A model generated the notes under the pieces. It saw nothing but the letters and a program-made list of their open reading frames with translations, was not told the DNA's origin and did no database searches. A stretch of DNA of 64,000 nt from Nageia nagi (lineage: Eukaryota; Plantae; Pinophyta): positions 20,956,001 through 21,020,000 of the forward strand of contig JBITNC010000002.1 in assembly GCA_050084985.1 (NCBI GenBank), read 5' to 3'. The translations under genes were made by a program, and so were the position numbers. Shown piece by piece: positions 26,241-35,891 of this stretch. Numbering within the stretch: the stretch's first letter is position 1; the number at the start of each line of letters is the position of its first letter.

Positions 26241-27654
26241 TTCTATGGTACCCACGGACCAAATTCAGATGTATTTTCACTACGGATGGATCTTAAAACA
26301 ATCTGGATTCCCTTTCCCTCAAAGTCAGGCGCATCTTCATTGCCGATCGAAGTCGAGATAGAGATTTGACTCATCTCCTATTTATCGATTGAGAAAACGA
26401 TTTACGACGGATTTAGGACTCTGACGAGATGTGAAATGCAAACAAAATTATGGTAGAAAACGAATAGGTTTGTGTTATTTATCTCGAACAAGTATAAAAA
26501 TATGGATGATTGATATTGCATGAGCTGTTTTTAGCATTGAAGAAAATGTTTAATGATTTTAGATATACAATATTATCTAACTTGCAACTTTGAAAATTTA
26601 ACACTATATGATAACATATATTCATTCATATCATTGATGATACTGCTTTTTACTTAAAGGTATTTAATTATTATTCTATGATTTTACTTTTTTTTTTAAT
26701 TCTCTTCCAAACAGCTTGACATTGAATACAAATTTATACAACATAACATATAAAATATACATTGAAGTTTATGATAATCTAAATCTGAATTTAAAAAAAG
26801 CAAATATAAAATATTAATATTTTTATAATATTTTTTAAAAATCATAATTTCTTATATTTTCAAAATATACTTTAACAATCTTCATTACTAAAATCTTCTT
26901 ATTTACATTTATATCTGACATTGTACTATACTATTATCATTCATAATATATTATTTGATTTTAAATAGAGATGAAGATTTAAGGAATAACTTGAGAAAAT
27001 ATAAAGATTTAGATTATAAAAATAATTAAAATGTTTCTTATACTATTTCATATATTACAAAACAAGATCTTTAGTAATTGCAACTTCTTGTGTTCCTCCA
27101 AATTAAGCAGCTGCTCCCCCTGCGCTCCCCAGGGCACCCTCTCTGAATCCACCTTTCTAAGCTTATCTCAATTTATAATCCTTGTTGACCAGAATCCCCT
27201 AAATCACACTGACCAAAGAATGGTTGATCCAAATGCGGACCTGATTTCCCTTCACTCGGATCTAAATCTCCTTCGATCAAAATCCATTGTCTTATGAAAA
27301 CATAAAAAGTCAATAAGAATCTTTCTGAAAAGAGAGGACAGAAATCAACTATCATACTTCTGGCAACAGGCATTTATGGACATCATTGGATGGATCTATG
27401 GCTCAATTTAAGAATTTCTCCAGCCTAAGTTATCTAAGTAATCACAGTATATTTTCTATTGAATATTAGCAGTGAGCTAAATATGCCATAGGATTCACTG
27501 GTTTTATTAAATGACATTTTCAGAATTACTTGCTCTTAGAAGGTTTTTTATTTTGTAATCTCTAGAAATTATTCTTATGTATTTCCTTCTAAATTAATGA
27601 ATAAAAGAATAACTTTTTTAATGACGACAAAAAAGTGATGAGCATAACGGAGAT

Positions 27655-27915
27655 TTAGACTTTATGCCTGGATGATGATGTATTACATGGGTAACAACTA
27701 TCCATGAGATCAATTTCATGGATCTGCAAGCCAACGTCATATAGGCCTCCCTTTTCCCAAACTGAAGGCAAAACAACCCAGTTTGCCCACAAAGCAGGTC
27801 CATCATAGCTGTATGTTATTGGAAAATGAAACATAATATCACCCGTAGGAGGATTGCTGATATCCCATATTGAACCATGGTTGCGGGATACTTCCTGCCA
27901 ATTGTACCCACCAAC
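27655..27915 (-). CDS. EXLA: EXLA exon 5 (pollen-allergen/CBM63-like domain and C-terminal extension)
   Basis: VGGYNWQEVSRNHGSIW...DSCYPCNTSSSRHKV*; the acceptor reads TTTGCAT. Confidence 0.8.
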   Translation of the reverse strand, partial: VGGYNWQEVSRNHGSIWDISNPPTGDIMFHFPITYSYDGPALWANWVVLPSVWEKGGLYDVGLQIHEIDLMDSCYPCNTSSSRHKV

Positions 27916-28021
27916 ATGCAAATAAACAACGCAACATCCAATTTATCTCCTTGCTTTAAAGCAGATCGTCACAAACAGCAAAATAGCAGGAAGCACACAT
28001 CATAGAAGGAATCATACTTAC

Positions 28022-28154
28022 TGTAGCAATCTCGACAGAAACTATCTCCGTTTGACCTCCTTGGTACAAAAACTGCATAGCAAGGTAGTCGGGATATCTG
28101 CTGTTTTCAACTACCTTCACAGTCAGGTTACGATCCTCGTATTGACAGGAGATC
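28022..28154 (-). CDS. EXLA: EXLA exon 4
   Basis: AAACAG acceptor; ISCQYEDRNLTVKV...FLYQGGQTEIVSVEIAT; GTAAGT donor. Confidence 0.85.
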
Positions 28155-28236
28155 CTGTTTAAACAAACTTTTAGAACTTGAAACGGTGTAAAGATGAGGT
28201 TGAAAACAAATTGTTCACTTAAAAGGTAGATCGAGC

Positions 28237-28415
28237 CTTTTATAACGTATATCCACCAGGCCTGACTTGAGCAGCTCACGGGCCATGTGGGGCTTGGCCA
28301 AACTTGAGAATGTGGTCATGGGTACAACAAAATCTGTGATATTGCTTTTAATCATGTCTGTCACTACTATTTTGGCACCTCTCCTTTTGCATAATCTTCT
28401 ATCCATGCATTTAAT
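28237..28415 (-). CDS. EXLA: EXLA exon 3
   Basis: TTGCAG acceptor; IKCMDRRLC...VDIRYKR. The donor is AG|GCTCGA; an in-frame GT alternative lies at 28218. Confidence 0.8.
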
Positions 28416-28512
28416 CTGCAAGAAATTATACAAGTATAGTTATACATGTAAGTAAGGAAATGGTCGTTCTATAAATTTCAAGTCAAGTGTAGCCATGAGT
28501 TGACGGCCCGAC

Positions 28513-28622
28513 CTGATAGCACGCTCCACATCTTCTCCCTTCTTTGTAAATAGAAGGACTTCCTGCTGCAACGTTGGTACCATTCAAGGCTGCTGCAAAA
28601 TCCCCATAGCCGAAAGCGCCCT
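28513..28622 (-). CDS. EXLA: EXLA exon 2 (DPBB domain N-terminal part)
   Basis: 110 bp; GAFGYGDFAAALNGTNVAAGSPSIYKEGRRCGACYQ; bounded by AG and GT. Confidence 0.8.
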
Positions 28623-28709
28623 CTTCAAACAATTTACCTTTATAAGGTTGACTGGTTATAATTAGGGAAAAAGAGAAATATAATTTCATGGTGCCATGGA
28701 TAGTTATAC

Positions 28710-28869
28710 CTTTTATAACCTAGTGATGGGTGAAGTATGCAATCTTTGACACACCATAATCACAGCATACGTCTGCCTGCACTTTAGTTGCAGCTACAAA
28801 TACAGCAATCGTCATGATATACACTACAAACTCGAGAGAAGAGTTGAACACAAATCTTATTGTAGCCAT
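28710..28869 (-). CDS. EXLA: EXLA exon 1 (signal peptide; contains an in-frame TAG)
   Basis: ATG at 28869; MATIRF...ADVCCDYGVSKIAYFTHH*VIK; phase-1 donor AAAG|GTATAA. Confidence 0.65.
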
Positions 28870-28937
28870 AGCCTTGTTTTTTTCCTCCACCAACAATAGC
28901 AAGAAAACAACTGGGCAAAATGAAGGAGATGAGGGTG

Positions 28938-28945
28938 ATTTATAG
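28938..28945 (-). promoter_or_regulatory. Candidate TATA box of EXLA
   Basis: CTATAAAT on the minus strand about 70 bp upstream of the ATG; a second CTATATAA is at 28958-28965. Confidence 0.6.
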
Positions 28946-29105
28946 CTTGGAAGCTCATTATATAGCATTGAATCGCCTAAAGTCGTTCACGAACCCCAAG
29001 CTTGAAGGAGCTACTCGTTATTCGCTGGACTGGATCCATTAGTAGAAACGCATACGGCCACCACTTGTGGCATGGCTAGCAAAGCCAGTAGCCGGCTTGG
29101 ATAAG

Positions 29106-29402
29106 CACGTGGAAGAACAGTTAAAAGGATATGGAACTATAACTTCGGATGATAGGACTTAGCTTGGAAACTCATTAAATATCGTCAAGTCAAATAAAGC
29201 CGTTCACCAATCATATTTGGGAAGAATCGTTAAAAGGATATAGAACCTTAACTTGGGAAGATGGGAGTTAGCCACTTGGAGGACATGTTTTGGCTTGTAA
29301 CACAGGTATGTTAGTAGGCTCACGTAAATTCCAAGATTGGATGAGATTGATGACTTAGCATTCCAACTCCTACAGATTGATTGGGGGCCACAATTGGACG
29401 TC
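29106..29402. promoter_or_regulatory. ACGT-core elements upstream of EXLA (G-box CACGTG 29106-29111, CACGTA 29321, C-box GACGTC 29397-29402)
   Basis: The motifs are present and all retained in the duplicate (44101, 44296, 44371). Function is unproven. Confidence 0.4.
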
Positions 29403-32400
29403 ATTCAGTGGAGTCTCATTTATGGATGAACAGTCCTCCGCCACTTGCAGTATCAGAATTCAGCCGATATCTGAACTTGGGACAAGAGATAATGATATAG
29501 TTTATTGAACTATATATGGTTCTAAGAATTCCGAGAAGCTTAAAATTTGAGATTTTCATTTATATTTAAGGTATAATATTTAAAGCTTGTTTTTTATTTA
29601 TTTTTAATGAAAAAGTGATTTAAATTAAATAAAAAAAGTTTTTACATAAAAAAAATTGTTGGTGATAGAGTTGAGATTTCTAGACAGGTTTAAATTTATC
29701 TTATTGATAGATTAGCCATGCAATAAAGTACAAACATTAAAGTTTTCAAATGAAAAACATTTAAGTATCCTCAATTGAGGATCATCATCTTCTCCCATTT
29801 ATTAGTTGAAGTAATATTTAAAGTTTTCTAATAAATATTTTGTATTTTATATGTAGTAAAGAATATCGCATAAGAGTGTAAACCTTTAAAATGTAGCTGT
29901 GGGTAATCTTTATTAAGTGAATATATATATATATATAAACTGAATATTTCAATAAAAGTTAATGATGAATGTTGAGAGGCGTTAATGATTAATGTAACAT
30001 ATGAGTCCATCAGTTAAATTTCAACTTCAATATTTAAAAAGTATTAATATTTTTTATTATTTAAACAAATCGACATCAAAAGATAAATATACTAAATACA
30101 TATTAAATATAATTAATAACACCTCTAGAATGATATATACAAGATAGGCACGTGGGGAATGATAACACTCAACATTTTTTTTATATATAAGGAGGTATAT
30201 CAAAGCTAGTTGATGTCGAGAGGCTTTCTCTAGCTAAATATTGCATGTGAGTCCATCCATTAAATGTTGACTTTAATATTTAAAAAACTAAATTGAATTT
30301 ATTATTAAAAATAAAATATGTCTAATTCAAAAATAGAGTTATAAACTTAGATAGCATATAATATAAATAATATATAATAGCATTTTTTTTATATATACAA
30401 AGGAATATCAAAGCTAGTTATATTTGTGGAATAAAGTGCAATTTTACTTCTTTTTATCTTTTTGGTGATAGGACCAAGGAGCATTAGCCAAGAAAGTGTT
30501 TTGACAAATGGTGATATCTTTCATATATTTAAGAGAAGAAGGATATTACATTGATAAAATGTGGACCTTGATACATACACTTATAATTTTTATTCATTTT
30601 TATCTATAATGCCACCTATTATGCTTTGATTTATACATTCATTACATACTCCATTCCTTATTGACAATATTGTAGTTTAGATATTGTAACCTTGACAAAT
30701 ACCTTTGATGATACACATAAATCCAAACTATCTAAGGAAGTACAAATGTAAATTTATATTACTTGTATTACAATGCATTGTGGTTCACCAATGCAATGTG
30801 GTATGGTAACACACCATGTTAGATAGTAATGGAGATTTGGATTTGAGGAATTATCTAGATCTTGTTGAGACTAGATATCAACTACAATTGACATAAAAGA
30901 AATATATGATAGGTTTGTTGTTCATTTGAATTCAAATTTGATTAGGAAAGAGCTAATAGAATAATTTGATTTCATAAAATATAGCTATATTATTGATATG
31001 TATATGTATTTTATTTAACATATATTTATTATAATTGATATTATATTAATTGAGTAAAATTAATTTTTAGTATAAATAAATTGGTAAATCCAACATATAT
31101 TTTTTGCAAACTTAATGCTTGTCAAGTATTATGTTACTTTGTCAAGTTTTTCATTAGAAAACATTAGTTAAATTTTTGGTTGCATTAATTTTGAAGGTCA
31201 TTTTGTTGAGTTAGGTGAGATCTTATATTAAATTTGTTTCTCAATCCATATATAATTATAATTGATATATATTTGGGTAGTGGAAGAAGATGGTTCCACT
31301 CAAAGTCGACATTTCATACTTAGAAAAAAAAAATTAAAATAAAATATTGTTATGTAAAACAAACTTTTGGTTTGACCAGAGCCAAAAATTAAATTTTGGC
31401 TTTTAAAGATTGAAATTTCATTTCATAATGAAATTTCATTTTTTTTAATATTAATTGAAACAAAATTTCATTTCATTTCAACATTAAAAAGTAACAAAAT
31501 GTCATTATGAATCAAAATTTTGTTATTTGAATTTAGGCTCAATTTTAGACTTGGAAAAATCTTGATGGGCCAAGTGTTAGCCTTGTACCTACAACTTCTT
31601 GTTCATGGTAATGGGAGTGATAAATTATAACTTTTGATGGATGTTTGATCTAGTTTTTTGATGATTTTTTTTCATGAAATTAAAACCCATTTTAGATTGA
31701 AGTGTGCAAATTACAAATATGTATTTTATTTTACAATTCGATTATATTTTATATTTTTAAATTAATTTTCAATGAAACTAATCCTTAAACTTGAAACATA
31801 GGTTCTATTACATTTTTAATAACTTTTTATTTTTGAGGAATTATGAAAAAAATTTATATGTGCACAATCTAAAGACAATTCTCTATTAAATAAGAAAAAG
31901 TGAAAAAAGGATAAGTTTAGGTCAAATTATACATGTTCTTGATTTGTACTTTTTGAAACAACAGTTAGGATGAGTATATATATATATTCATGCAAAAATT
32001 ATGAAAAAATATATCGCACAATCTTAAAAAATGTTAAATTTTAGGTCAAAATATGTTTGTCATAGAAGAGTATGGTATGGTCATAAAATAATACATTTTA
32101 AATAGTGGCTTTTAGTAGTTCAGGCCTATCATAAATAAATTTTTATCAACTAGGTATTGGAATAAATTACATATTTGAAAATTATAGTCCAAGCACTACA
32201 TTTTACCTTTGTGATATTTTTCAATATTCCATCTCTAAGGGATTCAAAACTTGATATCAATTATGACCAAATCTAAAAATCAAAGAAAATATATCCACTT
32301 TTTGGCCATTTCATGGACCCATCTTCTTGCACTTACCCATTTATGATATTGCAAGTTTCAAAAGTGCATATGTTTATGAATTTGAGGGTAGTTTTGATAT

Positions 32401-32739
32401 ACCATTCTTAGATATTTTATTTTCAAAAATCATGGATAGCAAGAATTATTTAGATAAATTAAAAAAATATGATATGTTATGATTGTCATATTATATCTTA
32501 CATTATGTACTATAATGATCATATGATGTTCCACATTATATTATATCATTATCTTAGCTACAATCACATAAAAGAGATAAATGATAGGTTTTATTTTATC
32601 ATCTCGTATAAATCTAAATAATCTTTATCTAGTAAAGTCTCTATGCATGATATTTGACTTACATCTAGTTGCCTTATGACCATATTGATTACATTTACAA
32701 TAATAACTAGAAAAAATATTGTTATAAACAAAATGAGAT

Positions 32740-34110
32740 ACATGAAAGCTATATTTTACTTGTTCTAGTTTGTTGTAGTTTTTATTTGTTACCTTATTTG
32801 ATCTTATGGCTAACTAGATTATTGCTATTGATTTGTTGCTTCTTGAGATCTTCTTCTCTTAATATATGGTCTTTTATGCTTCTATTGTTTGTTAGCCTTT
32901 TGTCTTATGCTTCCTTTGTTTTATGCAAGTAGCTTTGATGATCCAACTTTATTCTCATTTTTCCTTGCATTAATAGCATTGGAGTTCTTCTTCGTAACTT
33001 TGGAGGATAAATGTTATTCTACATCATATCCAAGACTACATTTTATCTTGGGGTCTCTTTGTTGTCTCAACATAGAATTCAACAACCTTGTGCTATTCTC
33101 AAACTTAAGGCTTATATTCATCTTCTAATTGTCTTCATCTTGTTGCTTTTTCAATGATATAATTTCCTCTTCTAGTTTGCAGCAAACAGTATTTTTCTTA
33201 TTGATCTATAATTGAAGACCTTCTTCAACTCTCCTAGATTCTTGTATTTGTAACTTTAGATCATCAACCACTTTTTTGATTTCTTCCTCATGTTTGCTAG
33301 ACTTCTTGAGATGATCTCAAAGATTCTTGTATCTTTTGAGTTATCTTAAGTTATTTTCTCAAGCCAATAAGCTCTTCATCAAACTCACTATAAGCTTTAG
33401 CACTATTAGTGGCTTGTGATTTTTGATCTTCTTCTATACTCTTAGACTTTTGAATTTGTATGCAGAGGTATTAAAATTGATTACCGTATTCATCTAACTT
33501 CTTGGAAATCCCTTTTATTCATTTCCCTTTCTTTATCAAACTCTTCAAGAATCATGATCAGTTCTCCTTCTAGATCTAGTTCAACCTCAAGCTCTTTATC
33601 AAAATATTTTTCTTCTCTAATTTCTATAGCATCTATTATAAATAGTTCACTTAGTTCTTTAATCAGTGCAATCATGGATATGAGTTTTTCATTGGATACT
33701 TTTGATTGTAATTGAGAATATTCTTCAGGTTGTACCTTAGCTGATTGATGGTCTTTCTTTGATCATTTCCTTTTTCTTACATAATAACATTAATAGGGGG
33801 ATGAATTAATGTGTTATATTTTAAAACCTCAAATCTTCTACTTATAAAATTGAATCCATATAATATAAAAACTAAAACAAACCAAATCAACATAAGCACA
33901 TCAAGGAAACATCACACAACATAAGATATAATGAGGTTTACCAATATGGCTATATATCTAGAGAAGAATACTTGGATCATGGTCCAAATCTAGCCCTTGT
34001 AAAGTCCCAACTTTACAATCAGTTACTAGCACCAATTGGAAGGAGCACCAAGCCCTACTTTACTAGCATCTATCAAAAGGAGCATTAACACGTACTTTAC
34101 TAGCATTAAT
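32740..34110 (-). mobile_element. SIRE/Maximus-like copia gag coiled-coil remnant plus LTR fragment (unit A)
   Basis: K/E-rich decayed frame with ELDLEGELI..LEE; a KFENSTRLLNSML..QRDP....LGY motif; LTR-like AGGGGGATGAAT at about 33795. Confidence 0.6.
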
Positions 34111-34119
34111 CTCTCATGG

Positions 34120-35780
34120 AAAAGTATAAGGAAGTCATGGTGTTCATTGATAGAAAATAAATAGCTTTTTATTATTTATGTTGAACAAGCATAGAATTAT
34201 GAATGATTGATATTGCATGAGTTATTTTTAACATTTTTGAATGCTTAGTGAATCTTGGAGCTTAGCTTTTGGAAGTTTTATATAACTTGAGCTTTTGGTT
34301 TTATTTTGCTTTTATGTTTGCATGTAGCATGTAGATTGAAATTTGTCATGTTTAGGAAACATGTTTTATGATTTTATTAGTACTACTATGAAACTAAACA
34401 AAAAAATACAAAAACATTTAATTTATTACTCAAATATTAATAATATAATATCGATAAAAAAAATTAAAAAAAAGTTGTGCAAAAAAATGATTGCATTATA
34501 ATCAATAAAAGTAAAACATGTAGAATTTACATAAGGTTATATTGAAGAAGTAGGGATAACAATTTTTTAGAAAGAGTATATACAATTCTTGGATTACACT
34601 AATTTTTATATAAATGAGCATATGTTCATCTATATCACTTTGTAGATATCAATGAAGTATTTTATTGCTCTTTTTTTGTTAGTCAAGTAATATCATTGTA
34701 TTCTTTATGAGTTTTCTCCCATTAAAGGGATAACATCATTGGAATTTTATCAAAGATATTTAATTATTATAATATTCATTTCACTTCAAACTCTATCAAC
34801 TAACACATTTGTTAAGGTCACTTTTGGATATTAAAATATATTTCTATTTCATATGAAAAATTTACATAAATTATCTTGTAAATATTAAAGGGACCTTCAA
34901 ATAGCCATATAGAATTTTCTAATGACCTACTACAGTTGTCTGTTCCATAATAGATGTTAATATAATTTACCTTTACATTTTATTTAGTTATTCCAATTTT
35001 CATTTCACATCAAATAACATCGACTAACACATTCGTTAGGACATGTAAAAGATTATTTAAACTAGATTGATACTTTAGATTGATAACACTATATCTAGGA
35101 AAAATATTATTATTAATATAAGAAATATATTATTTCCTTTAATTTGGCTAAAATAGTTTTTAAAATATATAAAAAAATATTTTATGTAACTTAGTAGTTT
35201 AATTTGAGGCCATTTTATATCAGAAAAAAATGTTGATTATTTTAGATATACAATATTATTTGACTTAAAAATCCTAAAATTAACACCATATGACAACATA
35301 TATCCATTCATACCATTGATGTTATTACGTTTTACTTAATGGTACCTAACTATTATCCTATGATTTTGGTTTTTTTCACTCTCCTCCAAAAATATTGACA
35401 TTGAATACAATTTTACAAATCATAGTACATAAAAGATACATTGAGACTTGTGATAATTTAAATTTAAATTTATAAAAATAAATACAAAGTATAAATATCC
35501 CTATATTTCTATTATATTTTTTATAAACATCATATAATCTTCTTATATTTTCAATATACATTTTAATGATCCTCATAACTAAAATCTTATTATTTAATAA
35601 TTTCTATTTCTATCTAATATTATACTATACTATTATCATTCATAATATATTATTTGAATTTAGAGAGAGATGAAGATTTAAGAAAGAAATTGAGAAAAGT
35701 ATAAAGATTTAGATTATAAAAATAATTAAAGTGTTTCTTGTACTATTTCATATATTACAAAATAAGATCTCTAGTAATTG
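34120..35780. repeat. Copy of the EXLA downstream flank (26190-27080) with a ~1-kb extra segment; further copies at 40946-42235, 49120-50785 and 56037-57343
   Basis: Shared anchors AAGTATAAGGAAGTCATGGTGTTCATTGAT, GATGATTGATATTGCATGAG and TTTAGATATACAATATTAT; the first anchor is missing from the 40946 and 56037 copies. Confidence 0.85.
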
Positions 35781-35807
35781 AAAGCATGAGCATAATATCA
35801 TAGGGAT

Positions 35808-35891
35808 TTAGACTTATGCCTAGATGAAGATGTATTTCATCAATAACAACTATCCATGAGATCAATTTCATGGATCTATAAGCCAACATCA
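35808..35891 (-). pseudogene. EXLA: 3'-terminal remnant of an EXLA paralog (end of exon 5), unit A
   Basis: Matches 27655-27739 (TATCCATGAGATCAATTTCATGGATCT) and abuts the copia LTR at 35892. Confidence 0.85.

Larger units (their letters stand above)
27655..28869 (-). pseudogene. EXLA: Expansin-like A gene, 5 exons, probably pseudogenized
   Basis: Hydrophobic N-terminus, then SKIAYF, GAFGYG...CGACYQ|IKC...C...VVTD...TDFV, YKR|ISCQY...FLYQGGQTEIV and W...RNHGSIW...W..G..YD.GLQI...CYPC (EXLA-type C-terminal extension). Exons: 28869-28710, 28622-28513, 28415-28237, 28154-28022, 27915-27655. Lesions: TAG at 28722-28720, GC donor at 28236, AT instead of AG acceptor at 27917-27916. Confidence 0.88.

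Noticed and set aside
27031-27373. Short ORFs and a GC-rich patch downstream of EXLA as a separate gene
   Set aside because: No recognizable motifs or splice structure; the segment is absent from the duplicated flanks.
28720-28968. 82-aa ORF starting at 28968 as the true EXLA N-terminus
   Set aside because: The upstream part overlaps the TATA box and 5' UTR; the ATG at 28869 gives a normal signal-peptide-like start.
31300-32450. DNA transposon or MITE remnant (AAATTTCATTTCAT quasi-palindromes; copy at 46250-47450)
   Set aside because: No TIR pair, TSD or transposase remnant could be defined.
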